A stretch of DNA of 64,000 nucleotides from Geosiphon pyriformis uo1 (taxonomy: Eukaryota > Fungi > Glomeromycota). The stretch's first letter is position 1, and each line of letters opens with the position of its first letter. Of this stretch, positions 25,177 through 37,683 are shown piece after piece. The DNA lies in assembly GCA_016748015.1 (NCBI GenBank), contig JAAOMT010000176.1, forward strand, positions 358,434 through 422,433. The letters are read 5' to 3'. Made by a program: the position numbers and the translations under genes. The notes beneath the pieces are model-generated. The model did not search any database and was not told the DNA's origin. It saw only the letters and a list, made by a program, of their open reading frames with translations.

Positions 25177-25907
25177 ATAGACCTTTTAGATCAAATTCTA
25201 CAACTTTTAAAACAACTGTTTGATGCAATTCAACAATCTTTGGCTCAAATAGAAATCACAATTAATAAAAAAGAAATACAATACAGAAATAGAAGCAAGA
25301 AAAAGATGGACAAAAGTTCAATTAGAACTAAGCTGTCCCACTCTTACAAGCAAATCTCTCCCTATGAAAAAAAAAAAGGGATATGGCAAAGATAGAACCT
25401 GACACAGCTAAGAAGAAGGGGAAAATGACAGAAATAGAACTGTGTCAGATGAGAATTGAGGAAATAAAAAAGAGTCTGAACAGACAAACACCAAAGCCAA
25501 TAATAGAAAAATAGACATCTGAAAATGCAAAAAAATGGAAAAAGAAACTTTTACTTATCTATTGGCTATTTAAAATTGGATTACAATTAGAATTAGATAG
25601 CTCATATGAAAATCTCAACCATTAAATAATCAACAAAAAAGCCTGCAAACAAGTAGAAGAATTCATGGGAAAAAACAACTTAAACCTATATTACAAAGCA
25701 ACATATTGACTATATTCAGCATTTAAACACTATTCAACAGTACTACTAGATGAAACTCTGAAAACTGTCACAGTCAACAACATAAAACAAATAACAAACA
25801 CCCAATTTGAAGTTCTACAAAAAGCAATACTGGGAACAACATTTGAGTTCTTTATAGAAAACACAAACTTAACTAAGATAGATGATTTTGCAGGAGCTCA
25901 ATTTTAA
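25177..25907 (+). pseudogene. Additional ORF3 of D, unknown function
   Basis: Manual translation (DLLDQILQL...IYWLFKIGLQL...YYKATY*LYSAF...FAGAQF*) aligns with the equivalent ORF of element E; the presumed start ATG reads ATA. Confidence 0.7.
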
Positions 25908-25920
25908 AAGGAAGGGATAA

Positions 25921-26488
25921 TGTTACCTGAGTAGAAAAACCAAAAAGCTATGAGAAAACGTAACAAAAAAACGTGACAAAAAAAACATGGTACAACTCGA
26001 GGTAACATAAGACAAATACAAGCAATAGTTAGCAATAACAAGCAATAGCTAACAATAATGAGCAATAGCTAGCAATAACAAGCAATAGCTAGCAATAATG
26101 AGCAATAGCTAGCAATAATGAGCAATAGCTAACAATAAAGAGCAATAACTAGCAATAGTGAAGCAATTGAAAGCAATCCTGTAAAACTAAAAGAATGTAT
26201 AAAAGCAAGTAGTTATAGAAGTTGAAAAGACAAGTTAATTAGCAATCAATTTTACTCTGTATTATACTTATCATATATATATAGTCCGAAATACACTAAT
26301 TATCAAAAACCAAAAAGAAATCCAAATTACCAATTCATGTTCTCCAATTTTATAGATTTTAATTAAAAATTAAAATCAGTATTTCCTACCTTGTTTCAGA
26401 ACAGATGCCATTAGCATAAACATCTTAAACCCTTAACAATTTGGACCAATTGCTCTTGATTACAGCAATTGACAGGAATTAATTCTTT

Positions 26489-26520
<32 letters not shown>

Positions 26521-26911
26521 TTCTTTTGTTTGAAGCAGCAACATAGAAAAATTGACTGTCTTGGAATAGACTTCGTGATAGTCTGGTAAAAGAGGGAAGC
26601 TCCTCCTAAGTTTTGGATATTAACATTATTTTGGTAGCTTACCAGAAGGATAAAAAAACAACACTGGACCTTAACAACTGCACTCATTAGTGTGGAAAAA
26701 AAAGCTTACAATTATGGAAAACATTGCAATCAATAAAAGACAAACTCTGTGTCTTATAACCAAAGAACTCAATGGGTAAATTCACATCCAGGAATAAATC
26801 TTTAGAGACTAATAACACTGACATAATAGAAAAAGTAGACAACCTTGAAAGATAACCCAAAAATAGAGCACTAAGCATTATCATCATATCCTACTAAGTT
26901 TACTTATAACA
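25921..26911 (+). repeat. 3' LTR of D, preceded by PPT AAAAGGAAGGGATAA
   Basis: Direct repeat of 16008-16985; TGTTA...TAACA. Confidence 0.95.
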
Positions 26912-27112
26912 ACATTTACTATAATATAATTATACAAAGTAACTAACATAAAATTGGCTATTTTACTTATAAGCCTAGCAGTTCAAATTATAAGAGATAA
27001 TTTGAAAATAAATTTAATTATTAGAGATTCAATAGCTTCCAATAAATGTGAATTAAACAGCAAACTAATATTAATAACAATCAAGAAAAAAGACCAAAAA
27101 TCTTTAATAACA
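26912..27112 (+). repeat. Solo LTR family 3, right part
   Basis: Continues 15309-16007 as in the unsplit copy at 44150-44352; ends TAACA. Confidence 0.85.
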
Positions 27113-27490
27113 ATGTATTAACTATTATTACAAATCTTAAATAGTTTATAGAGCTTAAAAATAGCAAAAAATTTTATAATATAGTTAATAAGCTTGTTTA
27201 TATTAAATATATACTTCATAAGAGAATACAAAATAAACAAAAACAAATAATTCTTACAAATTTCTTTAATATTACATGAACTAATTAAAAATTCTTATAA
27301 AAATATGCAAATAAATTTATTTTTTAATAATATTGCATCTATTTTTATTATATGTATATTATATATACTTAATCTATAATCTGTAATAACTTATAGCAAT
27401 TTGTATCTGTTAAGAATATAGATTATCTTAAGTTTAACTATATTTATTTTTAAATTAATTAAAATTTTTTAAAGAAAAAATAAAATAAAA

Positions 27491-27590
27491 TATTAATTTT
27501 ATTAATAATTATATGCAAAAACTATTGGTCTAAATTATAATATTAATTTTATTAATAATTATATGCAAAAACTATTGGTCTAAATTATAA
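27491..27590. repeat. Perfect 2 x 50 bp tandem duplication
   Basis: 27491-27540 is identical to 27541-27590. Confidence 0.9.
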
Positions 27591-27821
27591 TTTTAAAAAA
27601 ATTATGTAATTTATATTTGGTTTTAAATAAAAAAAGTATATAAAATTTTAAATTCAATTTAGTTTAAAATAACAATATCTTTCTTTTTAAAAAAAAAAAA
27701 AACTCTTTCTTTCGTTGATGTTCTGGTCACAACGAAAGCTTTGAGTCATCATTGAAATAGCCTTTCTTTTCTCTTTCCTTTTCACCTCTCTCCAGTTATT
27801 TCTTCGGACATTCCCCTTTTT

Positions 27822-29783
27822 GTGGCTATGGAACCGGTGGGCGTTGCTGCTGGTGGTTCTGGGTCCGTTTCGGCTGGGTTGGGGACCCAGTCTGGTGTCA
27901 AAAATAAGCGTTCGGTTGGTCCTCAATCTCGCGGTGCATCCTATAAGAAGCCGAAGAAATCTGTGGTGGTTGACGGTTTGGTGGAGTCGTCTGCTGGTGT
28001 TTCGAACATTATGGATAAAAGTGGTGACGGACCTAATATTGGGCAATCGTGGGCTAGCGAGGTCAACAGCAAAGTGGACAGCATAAGTGGCATTTCGGAC
28101 TTGGATAACTTGGAAAACGTTGTTGCTAAGGAAACTAGCTATGCAGAGTCGGATGCTTTAGGTTTGGACGACGACATGAATGATGTCATGCCTAGGAAGA
28201 TGCGTACTCGCACCTATGTTCTGAACAGTAAGCCGCCACCTCTCTCTTTCAACGTGCTAAGTGATGGTGAAGACACTCTGCCTCTTCCGAGTCCAAAATT
28301 TTGTGGGTTTAATCACCTTCCTCCAGCCGGGTCACGTGCTCCAGAGAAACGGAGTTTTATTTCGTCAAAATTGTTTGCATTGGATATTGAGCTATCTGCC
28401 GTTCCTGGCAAAACTACTGGTGATAAGTTGGTTTGTGTGAAAAAAATTTTTTATCAGATTGATGGTTTTGGGGGGGTTTCGACTCCCTCAAAATTTCCTG
28501 AAATAATAAGATCATCATTTACTTCTGAAAAAAGTTTGTTTAAGGTAAGGGAAATGGCAATCTGTGAAAAAATATTGGTAAATGATGATCTAAAAAAAGT
28601 AAACAGCCGTTCAGATCGGGAGGTGATCGTCAAAGATATCCCAGTAGATCTTCCCAAATTGGCAATTGGAGTGGTGTTCTCCAGGTTTGGCAAGATTGTT
28701 TTAATCAAAGTGCAGCTTATTGGTCTTTGGCAAAAGACCCTGGTAGAATATGAATCTTCTGAGATGGCTGATTTGGTCGCAGCTAGATGATCTGTGCTCA
28801 TGGGAAAGGATTTGGTCCGAGTGGCAAAAGCAAATATTGATAAACAAACATGGGTATCGAGGGATCAGCATTGGACTTTACTTTATACTCTTCCAGTTGG
28901 CACTAATGCTCATGACCTCTCCAATTTGTTGGAATCATATGGTGGAAAGACTTGTTATATCGGCTGTAACCCTAGTTTATATGTTCGTGATAGATGTGCT
29001 GTAATTTGTTTTGGTGATGAGGCATCCAAATTGGCTGCTATTGGTACTGTTCCAGTTTTCAGGAATGTGAGTTTGCATTGGGCTGGTCTTTCTTTGGCCA
29101 GTTGTGCTTGTTGTAAACAATTTGGTCATGTTTCAGTCAATTGTTTCTTGGGTATGTATTCTGGTGTTCAAAGAAGAAGGGTGGTTTCTGAGCAAGATCA
29201 GGTTCGTCTAGCTGGGATATATAAGAAGAAGTTGGCTCCTGTCGCTCGTCCAGTTTTTTTTGGTGGGAAGACGTGGGCCCAAGTGGCAGGCAGTTCCCCC
29301 TCTCGTGTTGTCTCTTCAGGTGCTCCTGGTGTCAGTTTGGTCTCTGGTTTGATGGCTTTCTCAATGGATTCCTCCTCGTCTAGTGCTGCTGATCTAGGTG
29401 GTCGCCTAGCTGTGCTGGAATGCTCTGTGGAAATTCTCTCAGACCAAGTCTCACTCATTTTAAAGAAGTTAAGTTTCGTTGACTTGGTGCCATTGGCATC
29501 TTCTCCTTCAGCTTTTCCTTTGGTGTCTCCAACTGCCGTTGTTTCAGATATGGACCTGGGTTTGGAGTTGGATGGCACGTTGTTGTCGTCTGCCTCTTTT
29601 TCTCCCAATGTTGGTGGGTCAGTTGTTGATTTCAGTCCGAGCAGTTCTAAGGTTTTGACTGCCAAGATTGGCGGTTTGGAATCGAATATGATGGCTCTTA
29701 AGGCTTCAGTTCGCTCAGTCTTGGATAGATTGGATCATCTGCATTCTGGATCGGGTTCATTGGCTTTTCCTCCGTCTCAATGA
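27822..29783 (+). pseudogene. LINE ORF1 (RRM-like, CCHC CCKQFGHVSVNC), one premature TGA at 28788-28790
   Basis: ORFs 27822-28790 and 28794-29783 are in the same frame; the stop sits where the ORF1-only element has Trp. Confidence 0.88.
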
Positions 29784-32700
29784 GTAGTTTGGTTTGGAAA
29801 TTTGCTACGTGCAATGTTCGGGGTATCAATGTTCTTGCGAAACAAGCGGATGTTGTTCGTTGGCATGTGAACTCGGGAAATATGGTTTCTTTTATCACTG
29901 AGACTAAGTTGAGGTCCTCTTTTGGGCCGTGGATAAAGGATAAGTTTGATGAAGTGCGAGTATTTTCTTCTGGCTTAGATAAAGGTTTCATGGGTACTGG
30001 GGTTGCGATTGTTATGAACACTTCTTTGGCCCATCATGTATCTAAGGTGGAGGAGATTCTTGGTCGGGTTATTTCTGTTCGGCTTCTATTTAAGGACAAG
30101 CTCTCGGTTACTGTTTTGGGGTTGTATGCTGGTGCCTCCTCTGGGGCTAGATTTGGTCAGGCTTCTGAAGTTAACATCCTCATTGCAAAGGCGGTCAATT
30201 CCAGCAATTTTGTTGTCTTGGGTGAGGACCTTAATGAGAATGGATCTGGTAGGAGTGCTAGTTTCAAGTTTTGTTTGAGTTTGGGTTTGGTCAATTCATT
30301 TGTTGGTCATCATTTGGCTAATTCTTATACGTGAAGCAATTCGAGAGGGGTTGGAAAAACAATTGATTACATTTTTGTTGGTGGTAATTTGTCTTCTGCT
30401 GTTGCTGGTCATCAAGTTGTCTCTGTTTCGGATTTCTTTGACACTGATCACAAGGCAGTTGTGGTTTCAGTCAGTTTGGGTGGGCTTCTAGATGTACAAT
30501 TGAACAGTTTGTGCAAGCAGGCAAATAAGGATCGTTGGAAGTTCAAAATCAGGAATGCTGACTGTGTTGGATGGGCTAAGTTTAAGGATCTCTCATCAGC
30601 TAAACTTTTGTCTTTGGGTGAGGTGTTCTCTGGTGCCGAAATACGTGGTGATGTGAATGCTATGTGGGCAGTTCTGGTGGGAGCTGTGGTGGATTCTGCT
30701 GATGTGACATTTTCGAGGCATTGGTTTAGTGAATTCAAGTGTTTGAGAAACAAACATTCTTCTAGGTTTTTTGGTCTGGAATTGTTGGTGGCCAAGATTG
30801 TCAAGAAATTTTGCTCTGGTGACTTGCTGGGCACTGATCGTCTTGTGAGTAAATGGTCGACTCTGGATGATGTGAAGGCTCGTGCTTTCAAGGATTTGGT
30901 TGGCTCGGGTGTTAAATCTGATGTTGTTGTTAGGCATTTGTCATTGGTTCATAGAGATTACAGGAGGTCGAAGATGTTTGAGTCAAAGTTGGCTGAGGAA
31001 GCTTCGGTTAAGAAGGCGATTGAGAAGTGCATGGATAATTTCTGTTCGGATAAGGGTAGTATGATCAGGAGTGTATTGGAAAAGCCTTTTCGCAAGGTTG
31101 TGTTGGATCACTTGATAGTTGATGATAATCTGGTTTTGTTGCCTGAAGAGGTGAAGTCCAGTGTGGATGGAATAATGGAGGGGTGGACGAGGAAACACTC
31201 TGTGTAGTCAGTGCTTTCTGATCTTTGGGCTCGTCAGTACACGCCTTTAGACTATGTTAGGGATGATGCTTTTTCAGGTGTTATGAGTGCAATCAGTATG
31301 GGCAAGTTACTTTCTATTGTTGGTAGTCTTCCTGATGGCAAGGCTGCTGGTTTGTCTGGTGTTCCTAATGAATTATGGAAACATGGTGGTGAGGTAGTTT
31401 TGGGGTGTCTGCTGGCACTGTTTAATAAATGTTTGTCGGGTGGTGTGGTGCCTGTTTTGTGGAAGAGGGCTTGGGTGTCTATGATTCCTAAGCCTTATAA
31501 CTGGGATGGAGTTCTTACGACACTCGGCCCATTGCTTTAATTGAGACTGCCAGGAAGATTCTTTCCAAGATTCTGTCTGACCGTATTTCAATGGCTTGTA
31601 GCAAGTTCAATGTTCTTCAGGGTGACAACTTTTTGGTGCTGAAGGGTATGTCAACACAATCTCCGGTGTTTGCTGTCGGTTCGGTAATTGAGGATGCCAT
31701 TGAGAAGGATAAGGAGTTATGGTTAGTCTTGCAAGATATGCGGAAAGCTTACGATTCAGTTGGGTGGCATCATTTAAGAGCTAGTTTGCAGCGTGTCAAG
31801 ATGTGTGAGAGGTTCATAAGGTTTTTTGGTGGTATTCATGAGGATAGAGTTAATAGGGTAATGACTGACTTTGATTTGTCTGGTGGTTATAAGGTGCATG
31901 ATGGGCTGGACCAGGGTGAGGTCTTTTCACCACTTCTTTGGAGGATTTTTTACGATCCGCTTTTGTGTGAGGTTAAAAGGCACAAACAATTGTGTGGGTA
32001 CTGGATTAATACTAAGTTTGTTTCGAAATCTGGCAGGATTGAAGGCAGTGGTGGTTTGACATCGTATTTTTTGGCTGGTGCGTTTGTCGATGATACGATC
32101 TGGGTTGGAAATTGTCAGGCTTCTACTCAATATGCTCTGAACATTGCCAGTGAATTTTTTGTGATCAATAACATTTCTATCAATAGTAAGAAGACAGTGG
32201 CTATTTCCATCAATCAGGGCATTAAAGTTGCTTCACTGAACATTTGTGGTCAGCCAATCTCTATTGCCAAGAAAGGAGAAGCACATCAGTATCTGGGTAT
32301 TTTTCTGTCGACTGAGGGGCTCTCCAAGCTGAGTGTTGCCAAGGCTCATGCGGATGTACGTTTCTTCGTCAATGTTGTGCTTAGGAAGGCTATTACGGAC
32401 AAACAATTCTCATATCTGGTGTCAGCTGTTTTGCAGCCTATTGTTAGCTATCGTACTCAGTTCAGTTTTGTCTCATCTAATGTTTGTCGCAAGTGGGATG
32501 TCTTGGTTAGAAAGGGTCTTAGGTCCAAAGCTTGTCTCCCCCGTGATTTTCCTGACGCTGCTTTGCATCATCCCTCATTGTATGGCCTAAAGTTTTTTGA
32601 GCAGGTGCAGTCTGAAGGGAAGGTTGCTGCTTTGATGGCATTCTCTAATGCTTTTGGCATTCTTGGGCGTTTGTTTAGACATAGGTTTTTGGACCTACAG

Positions 32701-34503
32701 GTTCTTGGTTGGGCTNNNNNNNNNNNNNNNNNNNNNNNNNNNNNNNNNNNNNNNNNNNNNNNNNNNNNNNNNNNNNNNNNNNNNNNNNNNNNNNNNNNNN
32801 NNNNNNNNNNNNNNNNNNNNNNNNNNNNNNNNNNNNNNNNNNNNNNNNNNNNNNNNNNNNNNNNNNNNNNNNNNNNNNNNNNNNNNNNNNNNNNNNNNNN
32901 NNNNNNNNNNNNNNNNNNNNNNNNNNNNNNNNNNNNNNNNNNNNNNNNNNNNNNNNNNNNNNNNNNNNNNNNNNNNNNNNNNNNNNNNNNNNNNNNNNNN
33001 NNNNNNNNNNNNNNNNNNNNNNNNNNNNNNNNNNNNNNNNNNNNNNNNNNNNNNNNNNNNNNNNNNNNNNNNNNNNNNNNNNNNNNNNNNNNNNNNNNNN
33101 NNNNNNNNNNNNNNNNNNNNNNNNNNNNNNNNNNNNNNNNNNNNNNNNNNNNNNNNNNNNNNNNNNNNNNNNNNNNNNNNNNNNNNNNNNNNNNNNNNNN
33201 NNNNNNNNNNNNNNNNNNNNNNNNNNNNNNNNNNNNNNNNNNNNNNNNNNNNNNNNNNNNNNNNNNNNNNNNNNNNNNNNNNNNNNNNNNNNNNNNNNNN
33301 NNNNNNNNNNNNNNNNNNNNNNNNNNNNNNNNNNNNNNNNNNNNNNNNNNNNNNNNNNNNNNNNNNNNNNNNNNNNNNNNNNNNNNNNNNNNNNNNNNNN
33401 NNNNNNNNNNNNNNNNNNNNNNNNNNNCTGCCATTGACGCATGTGTGTCTGAGATGTCTTTGGTTGCTCCTGATTTCCGTAATCAATGCTGGCTGGAAAG
33501 GCGTCATATTTTCAATTTGGTCAGGGATAAGGATCTTAGTGTGAGTTGGGTTAAGGTAAAAGGACACTCTGGGATTCCTGGTAATGTGAAAGCTGACTTG
33601 GCTGCTGGGGCTGTCTCTGGGTCTCCCTTTTCCCTTTGTGCCGATGTGCGTGAACATTTTTTGGTTGCTGAGGGTGTTGCTATTTCTGGTAATGCCTGTC
33701 ATTTTGTCAGAAATATTTTTCGATCAATTCGTTGTGCTCGTTGGGAAGCTGGGCCTGGTTGTGATGTAGTTCCGGATGCGATGATTGGTTGCATAGACTG
33801 GGTTGTCACGGCAAAGGTGTGGCATCCTGATTCTCATATGCTTGCTGGTTTCACTAGCCGCGCATCCTTATCGCTTCGCACTTATGTTATGAAGGCTGTG
33901 CACAGGAGGTTGCCGGTGGCCATTAGGAAGAGGTTGTATGATAAATGCTACCCTAGTGTGTTGTGTTTGCTTTGTGATGAGGTGGAGTTCTCTGACCACG
34001 TTTTTACTTGTGTTCATGAGTCTGGCATTCGTGGTGAGATTTTGGTGGAGGCTTCTGCTTGTTGGTCAGCTGTGTCTGGTGGTTCCTCTGCTTCTGCTGT
34101 GTTGCAGGTTTTGTCTCAATGTTCCATTGATGTTGGGCTGTACACTTTGGTGTGCAAAGGGTTTGTGCTGGAAGAGTGGTATGAGGAGACTTGCAATGTT
34201 TTTGAGGATAGAAAAGTGGCCACTGCTAGGATTGTTGATTATGTCAGATTCGTTGTTGGTTTACATCGTGCTAAGGTATGGTTGGCTAGAGTCAGCCACT
34301 GGGTGGTGATGGAGAAGGCTAGTCTGGTCTGTGATGTTGGTGTTGTTTCTGGGCTCCCTTGTGGTGTGTCTTCGGTTTTGTCTGACGGTGTTGTGAGATT
34401 GCTTGGTTTGGCCAATTCCTTTGCTGTTAGCTTTGGTCGTCGGAAGCCTTTTTGTTTCTTTTCTGGTCTGGGTAGCAGTGTGCGGGTAGTTATAGATGTG
34501 TAG
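29780..34503 (+). pseudogene. LINE ORF2: APE endonuclease, reverse transcriptase, RNase H, C-terminal CCHC
   Basis: ATCNVRGIN, ITETKL, TDHKAV (APE); QDMRKAYDSV, GLDQGEVFSPLLW, AFVDDT, YLGI (RT); KVKGHSG..N..AD (RNase H); CLLC..E..DHVFTC. Stops at 30332 and 31205, frameshift near 31520. Confidence 0.92.
32716..33427. other. Assembly gap (712 N) inside LINE ORF2
   Basis: Run of N; would contain the N-terminal part of RNase H. Confidence 1.
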
Positions 34504-34854
34504 TGTTGCCTTGTCTGGCCTAAGTGGCTGGCCACATGTAAAAAGTGCGTGAGTCGCGTTTAGTTTGAGCCTCTTAGTTTGGTTTTATGTACTAGATAGC
34601 GATTGGGCTACACTCGTTAAATGCATTAATAAAAAAAAAAAAAAATTTTAATTTATAAATAATTTAATAAAAAAATTTTATTTAAAATAAAAAATAAAAA
34701 TAAAAAATAAGTTTAATTATTTTAATTAAGTCCGAATTGGTTTTTTGTTTTTAATTAAAACTATTTTTTACTAAATTAAAACTATTTATATATATTTTTT
34801 AAATATATAATATTGTTATTAAAAACTTAATATCTTTTATTACTTTTTGTGTTA

Positions 34855-34888
<34 letters not shown>

Positions 34889-35793
34889 TTATGTTATTGT
34901 TAATTATTTAATATTATTATTAATTATTTTGTATTATTATTAATTATTTTACATTGTCATTATATTATTTTTTATTATTATATATTGATTATAGATTTTT
35001 TATATTAATTGGTTTTTTATTTAAGTAATAATACATAAAAAATTATTCAAATTTAAATCAAAAATACTAATATTAAACTTTATTAATTGTAATTAAATAA
35101 TAAAAATTAAAATAAATATAATTATATATATTAATTTTACAAATATTAGCAATATTAATATTAATAAAGCTTTGATATTTTTGTTTTTTATAAAAAAATA
35201 TTTATAAATAAAAAACAAAAAATAAATTAATTAAACTTTTAAATATAAAAAACTCTTAAAGACTAATATTATATAAAACGTTAAAATTATAATATTTTAT
35301 TCAGATAAAAATCTGTAATAATATGATAAATATATAAATCAAATCTATAATTTAACTTTTAAAAATAAAAACAAGTTAGGTTTTTGGTTAAATTATATAA
35401 AATATTTAATTATATTACAATTTAACAATGTAATTTATTTATATAATTAATAATAATTATATTATTTTAATTTCATAATTTATTTATTGTTATTATCAAT
35501 TAAAATTCAAGTTAAAATATTTTATTTTCTTACCTTAATTGTTTATTAATAAATTAATTATAATTAAAACAATAATCTAATTAAAACTAATTATATTAAA
35601 TTACAAAATATATTAACACAATTAAAAATTTATAAAAAGTTTTTTCAAAAACATCTTTTTATTAATATTAAAATTAAAATTAAAAAGCACAACAAATAAA
35701 TTACAAAAACAAATAAGACCTAAAATTAGTACTTCTGAACAGCACGACTTTTTGCAAAAATTAATCCAAGTTTTTAGCAACCGACTTCTACAA

Positions 35794-37683
35794 TTAAAAC
35801 TAAGAAAGAGCATATTATTAATACATGTATGAGGAAAAAGGCTAACACAATTTTATAAGCAACACTTACTCTTATCTGATAGCTTCCAGCCTTGGTCATG
35901 TATCGCACCCATTTGACACTTTGATAATTACTCTTTTCAAAAACTTTTAGAAATCTTACCAGTAAACCCGACGAAGTAAACATAAGCACCTGGAATTCCA
36001 TCGAGATTGGGGGCCTTGACCAGGCCTTTTTAATAGTCATGGAAGAAAGTTCAGCCTCACCGGACAATGTAAATTCACCTTGTCCTTGGAAACGAGGAAT
36101 TCTGTGGATATAATGCAATTTAAACATTAATATTATTTACAGCTATTTGTGCTTTGGTTTGATGCAAATCTGAAATTTAATATTACTTCCAAGTGATCAA
36201 ATTCTCATCGGGGACATATTTTGCTTTCCCGGTTGCGACACGAACATTGATGTTGGCGGTATTCAGAGGAGTGGGAATTCGTATGATAACATTATTAGCA
36301 TAGAGCTTCGGGGAAAAATTCGCCTTAACTGTTACGCGATACTCGACTCGCGATTTACCGATTTCATTAACAACCGGATGAATCCGGAATGGCAAATTTA
36401 CATTTTCGGTAGTACGATATCTTCGGTTGTGTAGAGATAAATTAGATTGAGTTTAAAGGAAATAAATCTACAACTTTGTGCTGGCTCTTACCTCATTAAC
36501 TCAAATTCCCCATCAGGTGGTATAAAACTAATTGTGCGATCAGAGCCAAACTTCCCCAGTTTAACACATTGATGAAACTGACAGTCATCGATTTCCACGG
36601 CGTTTGTTTTTTTCTGTGAACTTTGGGGAGAAAATCGCTAATGTTACGAGAAAGTAAGATTTTTGCGAACAGTAATGGTTCTATTATGCATACGTAGTAA
36701 GCTTGATTATTCCATCTTTTTCCAATAGGAGTTTATCATTCAGTCCGAATTTGCATTCAGGCGTTCCAGACAAATACGCTCTCATCATTATTTGACCAGA
36801 AACATCAGATCGTAAAACAGTTCCTTAATTAAAGGAGGAGGTCAATAAAAAAATGTGAGAAAAATTTAGAGTTCTAAGATATTCATTAGTACCTTTGGTG
36901 CTCATTAATAAATTAACTGATTCTATAACATCTATGAATGCTTCATTTTTTCTATATTTAATGTCGGATCGACGCCATCCAGTAGCACCAGTAGCCTGAA
37001 TCGTAATTCTCGATGAAGCTTCTGCCTAAAGGGAAAGTCCAAAATGGTAACAGGGAAATTGAGAAAATCGCAGCTAACAGAATACAATGACAATCAATAA
37101 TTTTACCAAAGCACGCTCCGTTTTGACTCCTTCAGTTGTGATATACATTTTCAAAGTGTCCGCCTCACTGTTTTGGGGGTACCCAAAATCTAACACCTCT
37201 AGAATAATCAGCGTCAGTTTTAAAGAAAATCCAAAAAGCAAAACACAAAAAGAGTGGGGAAGAACTTACCATCTAAAAGCTCGTAAATCAGTACAAAATT
37301 ATTTTTGACCGACTCTTCATCAAACTTACCAAAATAACTTTTCCCAATGTTCACTACCCGATAGCAAAACTCAAAAACTAAGGCTGCGTTTGCGTTACAT
37401 TTTGTTACAGCAACAACATATAAGTTTTCGTGCCGTACATGAAAAAAAGAGGTGGACCCAAGTGTAATTATTGGAGAGCGAACATCAGTATTTGAGATCA
37501 CTTGGATTCGAAAGATGTCTGCAACTGATCGTCTGAGAACGCGAACGCAAACGTAAACAATCAGAAAAGAAACTATTTGAGATGTAGATGTGGGTAGAAG
37601 AATACTAACTTCAAATCATGCCGATAAAGACGAGATATTAAAACCTCGCCCTTTTGATTGTAAATAAAAAATGCGCTAATCAT
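35794..37683 (-). CDS. APM4: AP-2 adaptor complex subunit mu, 9 coding exons: 37683-37610, 37532-37270, 37198-37107, 37025-36893, 36823-36694, 36620-36492, 36420-36187, 36101-35870, 35799-35794
   Basis: [97 protein letters not shown]; all introns GT-AG and in phase. Confidence 0.95.

Larger units (their letters stand above)
16008..26911 (+). mobile_element. Complete Ty3/Gypsy element D with dUTPase
   Basis: LTRs at 16008-16985 and 25921-26911, TSD ACAT (16004-16007, 26912-26915), PBS at 16988, PPT at 25906-25920, domain order gag-PR-dUTPase-RT-RH-IN. Confidence 0.95.
27703..34645 (+). mobile_element. Full-length young LINE (APE-type, RNase H-bearing)
   Basis: 5'UTR, ORF1, ORF2, 3'UTR and A15 tail; 5' flank TTTTT-A14 fits insertion into a T/A-run target; CpG retained and GC higher than the flanks. 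Confidence 0.95.

Noticed and set aside
32568-33702. Several long ORFs spanning the N run
   Set aside because: Artefacts of translating N; only the ORF2 frame is supported on both sides.
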